This document shows positions 14,401 through 29,400 of a DNA stretch of 64,000 bases, in pieces. A model generated the notes under the pieces. It saw only the letters and a list, made by a program, of their open reading frames with translations. It ran no database searches and was not told the origin of the DNA. Positions within the stretch are counted from its first letter, which is position 1; each line of letters begins with the position of its first letter. This DNA comes from Eledone cirrhosa (Eukaryota), in assembly GCA_964016885.1 (NCBI GenBank), contig OZ024745.1, positions 5,332,001-5,396,000 on the forward strand, written 5' to 3'. The position numbers and the translations under genes are program-made.

Positions 14401-17400
14401 CAATATGTAGTGTAACTGAAGCAGTGTAATAAACTGACTGTAACAATATCTAGTGTTACTGAAGCAGTGTAATAAACTGACTGTAACAATATCTAGTGTT
14501 ACTGAAGCAGTGTAATAAACTGACTGTAACAATATCTAGTGTTACTGAAGCAGTGCAACAAACTGACTGTAACAATATCTAGTGTTACTGAAGCAGTGTA
14601 ACAAACTGACTGTAACAATATCTAGTGTTACTGAAGCAGTGTAATAAACTGACTGTAACAATATGTAGTATTACTGAAGCAGTGTAATAAACTGACTGTA
14701 ACAATATCTAGTGTTACTGAAGCAGTGTAACAAACTGACTGTAACAATTTCTAGTTTTACTGAAGCAGTGTAACAAACTGACTGTAACAATATCTAGTGT
14801 TACTGAAGCAGTGTAACAAACTGACTGTAACAATATCTAGTGTTACTGAAGCAGTGTAACAAACTGACTGTAACAATATCTAGTTTTATTGAAGCAGTGT
14901 AACAAACTGACTCTAACAATATCTAGTGTTACTGAAGCAGCGTAACAAACTGACTGTAACAATATCTAGTGTTACTGAAGCAGTGAAACAAACTGACTGT
15001 AACAATTTCTAGTGTTACTGAAGCAGTGTAACAAACTGACTGTAACAATATCTAGTGTTACTGAAGCAGTGTAACAAACTGACTGTAACAATATCTAGTG
15101 TTACTGAAGCAGTGTTATAAACTGACTGTAACAATATCTAGTGTTACTGAAGCAGTGTAATAAACTGACTGTAACAATATGTAGTGTTACTGAAGCAGTG
15201 TAACAAACTGACTGTAACAATATCTAGTGTTACTGAAGCAGTGTAATAAACTGACTGTAACAATATCTAGTGTTACTGAAGCAGTGTAATAAACTGACTG
15301 TAACAATATCTAGTGTTACTGAAGCAGTGTAACAAACTGACTGTAACAATATCTAGTGTTACTGAAGCAGTGTAATAAACTGACTGTAACAATATCTAGT
15401 GTTACTGAAGCAGTGTAATAAACTGACTGTAACAATATCTAGTGTTACTGAAGCAGTGTAACAAACTGACTGTAACAATATCTAGTGTTACTGAAGCAGT
15501 GTAACAAACTGACTGTAACAATATCTAGTGTTACTGAAGCAGTGTAACAAACTGACTGTAACAATATCTAGTGTTACTGAAGCAGTGTAACAAACTGACT
15601 GTAACAATATCTAGTGTTACTGAAGCAGTGTAATAAACTGACTGTAACAATATCTAGTGTTACTGAAGCAGTGTAATAAACTGACTGTAACAATATCTAG
15701 TGTTACTGAAGCAGTGTAACAAACTGACTGTAACAATATCTAGTGTTACTGAAGCAGTGTAATAAACTGACTGTAACAATATCTAGTGTTACTGAAGCAG
15801 TGTAACAAACTGACTGTAACAATATCTAGTTTTACTGAAGCAGTGTAACAAACTGACTGTAACAATATCTAGTGTTACTGAAGCAGTGTAACAAACTGAC
15901 TGTAACAATATCTAGTGTTACTGAAGCAGTGTAATAAACTGACTGTAACAATATCTAGTGTTACTGAAGCAGTGTAACAAACTGACTGTAACAATATCTA
16001 GTGTTACTGAAGCAGTGTAACAAACTGACTGTAACAATATCTAGTGTTACTGAAGCAGTGTAATAAACTGACTGTAACAATATCTAGTGTTACTGAAGCA
16101 GTGTAACAAACTGACTGTAACAATATCTAGTGTTACTGAAGCAGTGTAATAAACTGACTGTAACAATATCTAGTGTTACTGAAGCAGTGTAACAAACTGA
16201 CTGTAACAATATCTAGTGTTACTGAAGGAGTGTAATAAACTGACTGTAACAATATCTAGTGTTACTGAAGCAGTGTAATAAACTGACTGCAACAATATCT
16301 AGTGTTACTGAAGCAGTGTAATAAACTGACTGTAACAATATCTAGTGTTATTGAAGCAGTGTAATAAACTGACTGTAACAATATCTAGTGTTACTGAAGC
16401 AGTGTAACAAACTGACTGTAACAATATCTAGAGTTACTGAAGCAGTGTAATAAATTGACTGTAACAATATCTAGTGTTACTGAAGCAGCGTAACAAACTG
16501 ACTGTAACAATATCTAGAGTTACTGAAGCATTGTAATAAATTGACTGTAACAATATCTAGTGTTACTGAAGCAGCGTAACAAACTGACTGTAACAATATG
16601 TAGTGTTACTGAAGCAGTGTAACAAACTGACTGTAACAATATCTAGTGTTACTGAAGCAGTGTAATAAACTGACTGTAACAATATCTAGTATTACTGAAG
16701 CAGTGTAATAAACTGACTGTAACAATATCTAGTGTTACTGAAGCAGTGTAATAAACTGACTGTAATAATAACTAGTGTTACTGAAGCAGTGTAACAAACT
16801 GACTGTAACAATATCTAGTGTTACTGAAGCAGTGTAACAAACTGACTGTAACAATATCTAGTGTTACTGAAGCAGTGTAATAAACTGACTGTAACAATAT
16901 CTAGTGTTACTGAAGCAGTGTAACAAACTGACTGTAACAATATCTAGTGTTACTGAAGCAGTGTAACAAACTGACTGTAACAATATCTAGTGTTACTGAA
17001 GCAGTGTAATAAACTGACTGTAACAATATCTAGTGTTACTGAAGCAGTGTAACAAACTGACTGTAACAATATCTAGTGTTACTGAATCAGTGTAACAAAC
17101 TGACTGTAACAATACCTAGTGTTACTGAAGCAGTGTAATAAACTGACTGTAACAAATCTAGTGTTACTGAAGCAGTGTAATAAACTGACTGTAACAATAT
17201 GTAGGGTTACTGAAGCAGTGTAATAAACTGACTGTAACAATATATAGGGTTACTGAAGCAGTGTAATAAACTGACTGTAACAATATCTAGTGTTACTGAA
17301 GCAGTGTAACAAACTGACTGTAACAATATCTAGTGTTACTGAAGCAGTGTAACAAACTGACTGTAACAATATCTAGTGTTACTGAAGCAGTGTAACAAAC

Positions 17401-20400
17401 TGAATGTAACTATATCTAGTGTTACTGAAGCAGTGTAATAAACTGACTAACAATATCTAGTGTTACTGAAGCAGTGTAACAAACTGACTGTAACAATATC
17501 TAGTGTTACTGAAGCAGTGTAATAAACTGACTGTTACAATATCTAGTGTTACTGAAGCAGTGTAATAAACTGACTGTAACAATATCTAGTGTTACTGAAG
17601 CAGTGTAACAAACTGACTGTAACAATATCTAGTGTTACTGAAGCAGTGTAATAAACTGACTGTAACAATATCTAGTGTTACTGAAGCAGTGTTACAAACT
17701 GACTGTAACAATATCTAGTGTTACTGAAGCAGTGTAACAAACTGACTGTAACAATATCTAGTGTTACTGAAGCAGTGTAATAAACTGACTGTAACAATAT
17801 GTAGTGTTACTGAAGCAGTGTAATAAACTGACTGTAACAATATCTAGTGTTACTGAAGCAGTGTAACAAACTGACTGTAACAATATCTAGTGTTACTGAA
17901 GCAGTGTAATAAACTGACTGTAACAATATCTAGTGTTACTGAAGCAGTGTAACAAACTGACTGTAACAATTTCTAGTTTTACTGAAGCAGTGTAACAAAC
18001 TGACTGTAACAATATCTAGTGTTACTGAAGCAGTGTAACAAACTGACTGTAACAATATCTAGTGTTACTGAAGCAGTGTAACAAACTGACTGTAACAATA
18101 TCTAGTTTTATTGAAGCAGTGTAACAAACTGACTCTAACAATATCTAGTGTTACTGAAGCAGCGTAACAAACTGACTGTAACAATATCTAGTGTTACTGA
18201 AGCAGTGTAACAAACTGACTGTAACAATTTCTAGTGTTACTGAAGCAGTGTAACAAACTGACTGTAACAATATCTAGTGTTACTGAAGCAGTGTAACAAA
18301 CTGACTGTAACAATATCTAGTGTTACTGAAGCAGTGTTATAAACTGACTGTAACAATATCTAGTGTTACTGAAGCAGTGTAATAAACTGACTGTAACAAT
18401 ATGTAGTGTTACTGAAGCAGTGTAACAAACTGACTGTAACAATATCTAGTGTTACTGAAGCAGTGTAATAAACTGACTGTAACAATATCTAGTGTTACTG
18501 AAGCAGTGTAATAAACTGACTGTAACAATATCTAGTGTTACTGAAGCAGTGTAACAAACTGACTGTAACAATATCTAGTGTTACTGAAGCAGTGTAATAA
18601 ACTGACTGTAACAATATCTAGTGTTACTGAAGCAGTGTAATAAACTGACTGTAACAATATCTAGTGTTACTGAAGCAGTGTAACAAACTGACTGTAACAA
18701 TATCTAGTGTTACTGAAGCAGTGTAACAAACTGACTGTAACAATATCTAGTGTTACTGAAGCAGTGTAACAAACTGACTGTAACAATATCTAGTGTTACT
18801 GAAGCAGTGTAACAAACTGACTGTAACAATATCTAGTGTTACTGAAGCAGTGTAATAAACTGACTGTAACAATATCTAGTGTTACTGAAGCAGTGTAATA
18901 AACTGACTGTAACAATATCTAGTGTTACTGAAGCAGTGTAACAAACTGACTGTAACAATATCTAGTGTTACTGAAGCAGTGTAATAAACTGACTGTAACA
19001 ATATCTAGTGTTACTGAAGCAGTGTAACAAACTGACTGTAACAATATCTAGTGTTACTGAAGCAGTGTAACAAACTGACTGTAACAATATCTAGTGTTAC
19101 TGAAGCAGTGTAACAAACTGACTGTAACAATATCTAGTGTTACTGAAGCAGTGTAATAAACTGACTGTAACAATATCTAGTGTTACTGAAGCAGTGTAAC
19201 AAACTGACTGTAACAATATCTAGTGTTACTGAAGCAGTGTAACAAACTGACTGTAACAATATCTAGTGTTACTGAAGCAGTGTAATAAACTGACTGTAAC
19301 AATATCTAGTGTTACTGAAGCAGTGTAACAAACTGACTGTAACAATATCTAGTGTTACTGAAGCAGTGTAATAAACTGACTGTAACAATATCTAGTGTTA
19401 CTGAAGCAGTGTAACAAACTGACTGTAACAATATCTAGTGTTACTGAAGGAGTGTAATAAACTGACTGTAACAATATCTAGTGTTACTGAAGCAGTGTAA
19501 TAAACTGACTGTAACAATATCTAGTGTTACTGAAGCAGTGTAATAAACTGACTGTAACAATATCTAGTGTTATTGAAGCAGTGTAATAAACTGACTGTAA
19601 CAATATCTAGTGTTACTGAAGCAGTGTAACAAACTGACTGTAACAATATCTAGAGTTACTGAAGCAGTGTAATAAATTGACTGTAACAATATCTAGTGTT
19701 ACTGAAGCAGCGTAACAAACTGACTGTAACAATATCTAGAGTTACTGAAGCATTGTAATAAATTGACTGTAACAATATCTAGTGTTACTGAAGCAGCGTA
19801 ACAAACTGACTGTAACAATATGTAGTGTTACTGAAGCAGTGTAACAAACTGACTGTAACAATATCTAGTGTTACTGAAGCAGTGTAATAAACTGACTGTA
19901 ACAATATCTAGTATTACTGAAGCAGTGTAATAAACTGACTGTAACAATATCTAGTGTTACTGAAGCAGTGTAATAAACTGACTGTAATAATAACTAGTGT
20001 TACTGAAGCAGTGTAACAAACTGACTGTAACAATATCTAGTGTTACTGAAGCAGTGTAACAAACTGACTGTAACAATATCTAGTGTTACTGAAGCAGTGT
20101 AACAAACTGACTGTAACAATATCTAGTGTTACTGAAGCAGTGTAACAAACTGACTGTAACAATATCTAGTGTTACTGAAGCAGTGTAACGAACTGACTGT
20201 AACAATATCTAGTGTTACTGAAGCAGTGTAATAAACTGACTGTAACAATATCTAGTGTTACTGAAGCAGTGTAACGAACTGACTGTAACAATATATAGTG
20301 TTACTGACGCAGTGTAATAAACTGACTGTAACAATATGTAATGTTACTGAAGCAGTGTAACGAACTGACTGTAACAATATATAGTGTTACTGAAGCAGTG

Positions 20401-23400
20401 TAATAAACTGACTGTAACAATATCTAGTGTTACTGAAGCAGTGTAATAAACTGACTGTAACAATATCTAGTGTTACTGAAGCAGTGTAATAAACTGACTG
20501 TAACAATATGTAGTGTAACTGAAGCAGTGTAATAAACTGACTGTAACAATATCTAGTGTTACTGAAGCAGTGTAATAAACTGACTGTAACAATATCTAGT
20601 GTTACTGAAGCAGTGTAATAAACTGACTGTAACAATATCTAGTGTTACTGAAGCAGTGCAACAAACTGACTGTAACAATATCTAGTGTTACTGAAGCAGT
20701 GTAACAAACTGACTGTAACAATATCTAGTGTTACTGAAGCAGTGTAATAAACTGACTGTAACAATATGTAGTATTACTGAAGCAGTGTAATAAACTGACT
20801 GTAACAATATCTAGTGTTACTGAAGCAGTGTAACAAACTGACTGTAACAATTTCTAGTTTTACTGAAGCAGTGTAACAAACTGACTGTAACAATATCTAG
20901 TGTTACTGAAGCAGTGTAACAAACTGACTGTAACAATATCTAGTGTTACTGAAGCAGTGTAACAAACTGACTGTAACAATATCTAGTTTTATTGAAGCAG
21001 TGTAACAAACTGACTCTAACAATATCTAGTGTTACTGAAGCAGCGTAACAAACTGACTGTAACAATATCTAGTGTTACTGAAGCAGTGAAACAAACTGAC
21101 TGTAACAATTTCTAGTGTTACTGAAGCAGTGTAACAAACTGACTGTAACAATATCTAGTGTTACTGAAGCAGTGTAACAAACTGACTGTAACAATATCTA
21201 GTGTTACTGAAGCAGTGTTATAAACTGACTGTAACAATATCTAGTGTTACTGAAGCAGTGTAATAAACTGACTGTAACAATATGTAGTGTTACTGAAGCA
21301 GTGTAACAAACTGACTGTAACAATATCTAGTGTTACTGAAGCAGTGTAATAAACTGACTGTAACAATATCTAGTGTTACTGAAGCAGTGTAATAAACTGA
21401 CTGTAACAATATCTAGTGTTACTGAAGCAGTGTAACAAACTGACTGTAACAATATCTAGTGTTACTGAAGCAGTGTAATAAACTGACTGTAACAATATCT
21501 AGTGTTACTGAAGCAGTGTAATAAACTGACTGTAACAATATCTAGTGTTACTGAAGCAGTGTAACAAACTGACTGTAACAATATCTAGTGTTACTGAAGC
21601 AGTGTAACAAACTGACTGTAACAATATCTAGTGTTACTGAAGCAGTGTAACAAACTGACTGTAACAATATCTAGTGTTACTGAAGCAGTGTAACAAACTG
21701 ACTGTAACAATATCTAGTGTTACTGAAGCAGTGTAATAAACTGACTGTAACAATATCTAGTGTTACTGAAGCAGTGTAATAAACTGACTGTAACAATATC
21801 TAGTGTTACTGAAGCAGTGTAACAAACTGACTGTAACAATATCTAGTGTTACTGAAGCAGTGTAATAAACTGACTGTAACAATATCTAGTGTTACTGAAG
21901 CAGTGTAACAAACTGACTGTAACAATATCTAGTGTTACTGAAGCAGTGTAATAAACTGACTGTAACAAATCTAGTGTTACTGAAGCAGTGTAACAAACTG
22001 ACTGTAACAATATCTAGTGTTACTGAAGCAGTGTAATAAACTGACTGTAACAATATCTAGTGTTACTGAAGCAGTGTAACAAACTGACTGTAACAATATC
22101 TAGTGTTACTGAAGCAGTGTAATAAACTGACTGTAACAATATCTAGTGTTACTGAAGCAGTGTAACAAACTGACTGTAACAATATCTAGTGTTACTGAAT
22201 CAGTGTAACAAACTGACTGTAACAATACCTAGTGTTACTGAAGCAGTGTAATAAACTGACTGTAACAAATCTAGTGTTACTGAAGCAGTGTAATAAACTG
22301 ACTGTAACAATATGTAGGGTTACTGAAGCAGTGTAATAAACTGACTGTAACAATATCTAGGGTTACTGAAGCAGTGTAATAAACTGACTGTAACAATATC
22401 TAGTGTTACTGAAGCAGTGTAACAAACTGACTGTAACAATATCTAGTGTTACTGAAGCAGTGTAACAAACTGACTGTAACAATATCTAGTGTTACTGAAG
22501 CAGTGTAACAAACTGAATGTAACTATATCTAGTGTTACTGAAGCAGTGTAATAAACTGACTGTAACAATATCTAGTGTTACTGAAGCAGTGTAACAAACT
22601 GACTGTAACAATATCTAGTGTTACTGAAGCAGTGTAATAAACTGACTATTACAATATCTAGTGTTACTGAATTAGTGTAATAAACTGACTGTAACAATAT
22701 CTAGTGTTACTGAAGCAGTGTAACAAACTGACTGTAACAATATCTAGTGTTACTGAAGCAGTGTAATAAACTGACTGTAACAATATCTAGTGTTACTGAA
22801 GCAGTGTTACAAACTGACTGTAACAATATCTAGTGTTACTGAAGCAGTGTAACAAACTGACTGTAACAATATCTAGTGTTACTGAAGCAGTGTAATAAAC
22901 TGACTGTAACAATATGTAGTGTTACTGAAGCAGTGTAATAAACTGACTGTAACAATATCTAGTGTTACTGAAGCAGTGTAACAAACTGACTGTAACAATA
23001 TCTAGTGTTACTGAAGCAGTGTAACAAACTGACTGTAACAATATCTAGTGTTACTGAAGCAGTGTAATAAACTGACTGTAACAATATCTAGTGTTACTGA
23101 AGCAGTGTAACAAACTGACTGTAACAATATCTAGTGTTACTGAAGCAGTGTAATAAACTGACTGTAACAATATCTAGTGTTACTGAAGCAGTGTAACAAA
23201 CTGACTGTAACAATATCTAGTGTTACTGAAGGAGTGTAATAAACTGACTGTAACAATATCTAGTGTTACGGAAGCAGTGTAATAAACTGACTGTAACAAT
23301 ATCTAGTGTTACTGAAGCAGTGTAATAAACTGACTGTAACAATATCTAGTGTTACTGAAGCAGTGTAACAAACTGACTGTAACAATATCTAGTGTTACTG

Positions 23401-26400
23401 AAGCAGTGTAACAAACTGACTGTAACAATATCTAGTGTTATTGAAGCAGTGTAACAAACTGACTGTAACAATATCTAGTGTTACTGAAGCAGTGTAACAA
23501 ACTGACTGTAACAATATCTAGTGTTATTGAAGCAGTGTAATAAACTGACTGTAACAATATCTAGTGTTACTGAAGCAGTGTACCAAACTGACTGTAACAA
23601 TATGTAGTGTTACTGAAGCAGTGTAATAAACTGACTGTAACAATATCTAGTGTTACTGAAGCAGTGTAACGAACTGACTGTAACAATATATAGTGTTACT
23701 GAAGCAGTGTAATAAACTGACTGTAACAATATGTAATGTTACTGAAGCAGTGTAACGAACTGACTGTAACAATATATAGTGTTACTGAAGCAGTGTAATA
23801 AACTGACTGTAACAATATCTAGTGTTACTGAAGCAGTGTAATAAACTGACTGTAACAATATCTAGTGTCACTGAAGCAGTGTAATAAACTGACTGTAACA
23901 ATATGTAGTGTAACTGAAGCAGTGTAATAAACTGACTGTAACAATATCTAGTGTTACTGAAGCAGTGTAATAAACTGACTGTAACAATATCTAGTGTTAC
24001 TGAAGCAGTGTAATAAACTGACTGTAACAATATCTAGTGTTACTGAAGCAGTGCAACAAACTGACTGTAACAATATCTAGTGTTACTGAAGCAGTGTAAC
24101 AAACTGACCGTAACAATATCTAGTGTTACTGAAGCAGTGTAATAAACTGACTGTAACAATATGTAGTATTACTGAAGCAGTGTAATAAACTGACTGTAAC
24201 AATATCTAGTGTTACTGAAGCAGTGTAACAAACTGACTGTAACAATTTCTAGTTTTACTGAAGCAGTGTAACAAACTGACTGTAACAATATCTAGTGTTA
24301 CTGAAGCAGTGTAACAAACTGACTGTAACAATATCTAGTGTTACTGAAGCAGTGTAACAAACTGACTGTAACAATATCTAGTTTTATTGAAGCAGTGTAA
24401 CAAACTGACTCTAACAATATCTAGTGTTACTGAAGCAGCGTAACAAACTGACTGTAACAATATCTAGTGTTACTGAAGCAGTGTAACAAACTGACTGTAA
24501 CAATTTCTAGTGTTACTGAAGCAGTGTAACAAACTGACTGTAACAATATCTAGTGTTACTGAAGCAGTGTAACAAACTGACTGTAACAATATCTAGTGTT
24601 ACTGAAGCAGTGTTATAAACTGACTGTAACAATATCTAGTGTTACTGAAGCAGTGTAATAAACTGACTGTAACAATATGTAGTGTTACTGAAGCAGTGTA
24701 ACAAACTGACTGTAACAATATCTAGTGTTACTGAAGCAGTGTAATAAACTGACTGTAACAATATTTAGTGTTACTGAAGCAGTGTAATAAACTGACTGTA
24801 ACAATATCTAGTGTTACTGAAGCAGTGTAACAAACTGACTGTAACAATATCTAGTGTTACTGAAGCAGTGTAATAAACTGACTGTAACAATATCTAGTGT
24901 TACTGAAGCAGTGTAATAAACTGACTGTAACAATATCTAGTGTTACTGAAGCAGTGTAACAAACTGACTGTAACAATATCTAGTGTTACTGAAGCAGTGT
25001 AACAAACTGACTGTAACAATATCTAGTGTTACTGAAGCAGTGTAACAAACTGACTGTAACAATATCTAGTGTTACTGAAGCAGTGTAACAAACTGACTGT
25101 AACAATATCTAGTGTTACTGAAGCAGTGTAATAAACTGACTGTAACAATATCTAGTGTTACTGAAGCAGTGTAATAAACTGACTGTAACAATATCTAGTG
25201 TTACTGAAGCAGTGTAACAAACTGACTGTAACAATATCTAGTGTTACTGAAGCAGTGTAATAAACTGACTGTAACAATATCTAGTGTTACTGAAGCAGTG
25301 TAACAAACTGACTGTAACAATATCTAGTGTTACTGAAGCAGTGTAACAAACTGACTGTAACAATATCTAGTGTTACTGAAGCAGTGTAACAAACTGACTG
25401 TAACAATATCTAGTGTTACTGAAGCAGTGTAATAAACTGACTGTAACAATATCTAGTGTTACTGAAGCAGTGTAACAAACTGACTGTAACAATATCTAGT
25501 GTTACTGAAGCAGTGTAACAAACTGACTGTAACAATATCTAGTGTTACTGAAGCAGTGTAACAAACTGACTGTAACAATATCTAGTGTTACTGAAGCAGT
25601 GTAATAAACTGACTGTAACAATATCTAGTGTTACTGAAGCAGTGTAACAAACTGACTGTAACAATATCTAGTGTTACTGAAGGAGTGTAATAAACTGACT
25701 GTAACAATATCTAGTGTTACTGAAGCAGTGTAATAAACTGACTGTAACAATATCTAGTGTTACTGAAGCAGTGTAATAAACTGACTGTAACAATATCTAG
25801 TGTTATTGAAGCAGTGTAATAAACTGACTGTAACAATATCTAGTGTTACTGAAGCAGTGTAACAAACTGACTGTAACAATATCTAGAGTTACTGAAGCAG
25901 TGTAATAAATTGACTGTAACAATATCTAGTGTTACTGAAGCAGCGTAACAAACTGACTGTAACAATATCTAGAGTTACTGAAGCAGTGTAATAAATTGAC
26001 TGTAACAATATCTAGTGTTACTGAAGCAGCGTAACAAACTGACTGTAACAATATGTAGTGTTACTGAAGCAGTGTAACAAACTGACTGTAACAATATCTA
26101 GTGTTACTGAAGCAGTGTAATAAACTGACTGTAACAATATCTAGTATTACTGAAGCAGTGTAATAAACTGACTGTAACAATATCTAGTGTTACTAAAGCA
26201 GTGTAATAAACTGACTGTAATAATAACTAGTGTTACTGAAGCAGTGTAACAAACTGACTGTAACAATATCTAGTGTTACTGAAGCAGTGTAACAAACTGA
26301 CTGTAACAATATCTAGTGTTACTGAAGCAGTGTAATAAACTGACTGTAACAATATCTAGTGTTACTGAAGCAGTGTAACAAACTGACTGTAACAATATCT

Positions 26401-29400
26401 AGTGTTACTGAAGCAGTGTAACAAACTGACTGTAACAATATCTAGTGTTACTGAAGCAGTGTAATAAACTGACTGTAACAATATCTAGTGTTACTGAAGC
26501 AGTGTAACAAACTGACTGTAACAATATCTAGTGTTACTGAATCAGTGTAACAAACTGACTGTAACAATACCTAGTGTTACTGAAGCAGTGTAATAAACTG
26601 ACTGTAACAAATCTAGTGTTACTGAAGCAGTGTAATAAACTGACTGTAACAATATGTAGGGTTACTGAAGCAGTGTAATAAACTGACTGTAACAATATCT
26701 AGGGTTACTGAAGCAGTGTAATAAACTGACTGTAACAATATCTAGTGTTACTGAAGCAGTGTAACAAACTGACTGTAACAATATCTAGTGTTACTGAAGC
26801 AGTGTAACAAACTGACTGTAACAATATCTAGTGTTACTGAAGCAGTGTAACAAACTGAATGTAACTATATCTAGTGTTACTGAAGCAGTGTAATAAACTG
26901 ACTGTAACAATATCTAGTGTTACTGAAGCAGTGTAACAAACTGACTGTAACAATATCTAGTGTTACTGAATCAGTGTAACAAACTGACTGTAACAATACC
27001 TAGTGTTACTGAAGCAGTGTAATAAACTGACTGTAACAAATCTAGTGTTACTGAAGCAGTGTAATAAACTGACTGTAACAATATGTAGGGTTACTGAAGC
27101 AGTGTAATAAACTGACTGTAACAATATCTAGGTTTACTGAAGCAGTGTAATAAACTGACTGTAACAATATCTAGTGTTACTGAAGCAGTGTAACAAACTG
27201 ACTGTAACAATATCTAGTGTTACTGAAGCAGTGTAACAAACTGACTGTAACAATATCTAGTGTTACTGAAGCAGTGTAACAAACTGAATGTAACTATATC
27301 TAGTGTTACTGAAGCAGTGTAATAAACTGACTGTAACAATATCTAGTGTTACTGAAGCAGTGTAACAAACTGACTGTAACAATATCTAGTGTTACTGAAG
27401 CAGTGAAATAAACTGACTGTAACAATATCTAGTGTTACTGAAGCAGTGTAATAAACTGACTGTAACAATATCTAGTGTTACAGAAGCAGTGTAATAAACT
27501 GACTGTAACAATATCTAGTGTTACTGAAGCAGTGTAATAAACTGACTGTAACAATATATAGTGTTACTGAAGCTGTGTAACAAACTGAGTGTAACAATAT
27601 ATAGTGTTACTGAAGCAGTGTAATAAACTGACTGTAACAATATCTAGTGTTACTGAAGCAGTATAATAAACTGACTGTAACAATATCTAGTGTTACTGAA
27701 GCAGTGTAACAAACTGACTGTAACAATATCTAGTGTTACTGAAGCAGTGTAACAAACTGACTGTAACAATATCTAGTGTTACTGAAGCAGTGTAATAAAC
27801 TGACTGTAACAATATCTAGTGTTACTGAAGCAGTGTAACAAACTGACTGTAACAATATGTAGTGTTACTGAAGCAGTGTAATAAACTGACTGTAACAATA
27901 TCTAGTGTTACTAAAGCAGTGTAACAAACTGACTGTAACAATATCTAGTGTTACTGAAGCAGTGTAATAAACTGACTGTAACAATATCTCGTGTTACTGA
28001 AGCAGTGTAATAAACTGACGGTAACAATATCTAGTGTTACTGAAGCAGTGTAACAAACTGACTGTAACAATATCTAGTGTTACTGAAGCAGTGTAACAAA
28101 CTGACTGTAACAATATCTAGTGTTAATGAAGCAGTGTAACAAACTGACTAACAATATCTAGTGTTACTGAAGCAGTGTAACAAACTGACTGTAACAATAT
28201 CTAGTGTTACTGAAGCAGTGTACCAAACTGACTAACAATATCTAGTGTTACTGAAGCAGTGTAATAAACTGACTGTAACAATATCTAGTGTTACTGAAGC
28301 AGTGTAATAAACTGACTGTAACAATATCTAGTGTTACTGAAGCAGTGTAACATACTGACTGTAACAATATCTAGTGTTACTGAAGCAGTGTAATAAACTG
28401 ACTGTAACAATATCTAGTGTTACTGAAGCAGTGTAACAAACTGACTGTAACAATATCTAGTGTTACTGAAGCAGTGTAATAAACTGACTGTAACAATATC
28501 TAGTGTTACTGAAGCAGTGTAACAAACTGACTGTAACAATATCTAGTGTTACTGAAGGAGTGTAATAAACTGACTGTAACAATATCTAGTGTTACGGAAG
28601 CAGTGTAATAAACTGACTGTAACAATATCTAGTGTTACTGAAGCAGTGTAATAAACTGACTGTAACAATATCTAGTGTTATTGAAGCAGTGTAATAAACT
28701 GACTGTAACAATATCTAGTGTTACTGAAGCAGTGTAACAAACTGACTGTAACAATATCTAGTGTTACTGAAGCAGTGTAACAAACTGACTGTAACAATAT
28801 CTAGTGTTATTGAAGCAGTGTAACAAACTGACTGTAACAATATCTAGTGTTACTGAAGCAGTGTACCAAACTGACTGTAACAATATGTAGTGTTACTGAA
28901 GCAGTGTAATAAACTGACTGTAACAATATCTAGTGTTACTGAAGCAGTGTAACGAACTGACTGTAACAATATATAGTGTTACTGAAGCAGTGTAATAAAC
29001 TGACTGTAACAATATGTAATGTTACTGAAGCAGTGTAACAAACTGACTGTAACAATATCTAGTGTTACTGAAGCAGTGTAATAAACTGACTGTAACAATA
29101 TCTAGTATTACTGAAGCAGTGTAATAAACTGACTGTAACAATATCTAGTGTTACTGAAGCAGTGTAATAAACTGACTGTAATAATAACTAGTGTTACTGA
29201 AGCAGTGTAACAAACTGACTGTAACAATATCTAGTGTTACTGAAGCAGTGTAACAAACTGACTGTAACAATATCTAGTGTTACTGAAGCAGTGTAATAAA
29301 CTGACTGTAACAATATCTAGTGTTACTGAAGCAGTGTAACAAACTGACTGTAACAATATCTAGTGTTACTGAAGCAGTGTAACAAACTGACTGTAACAAT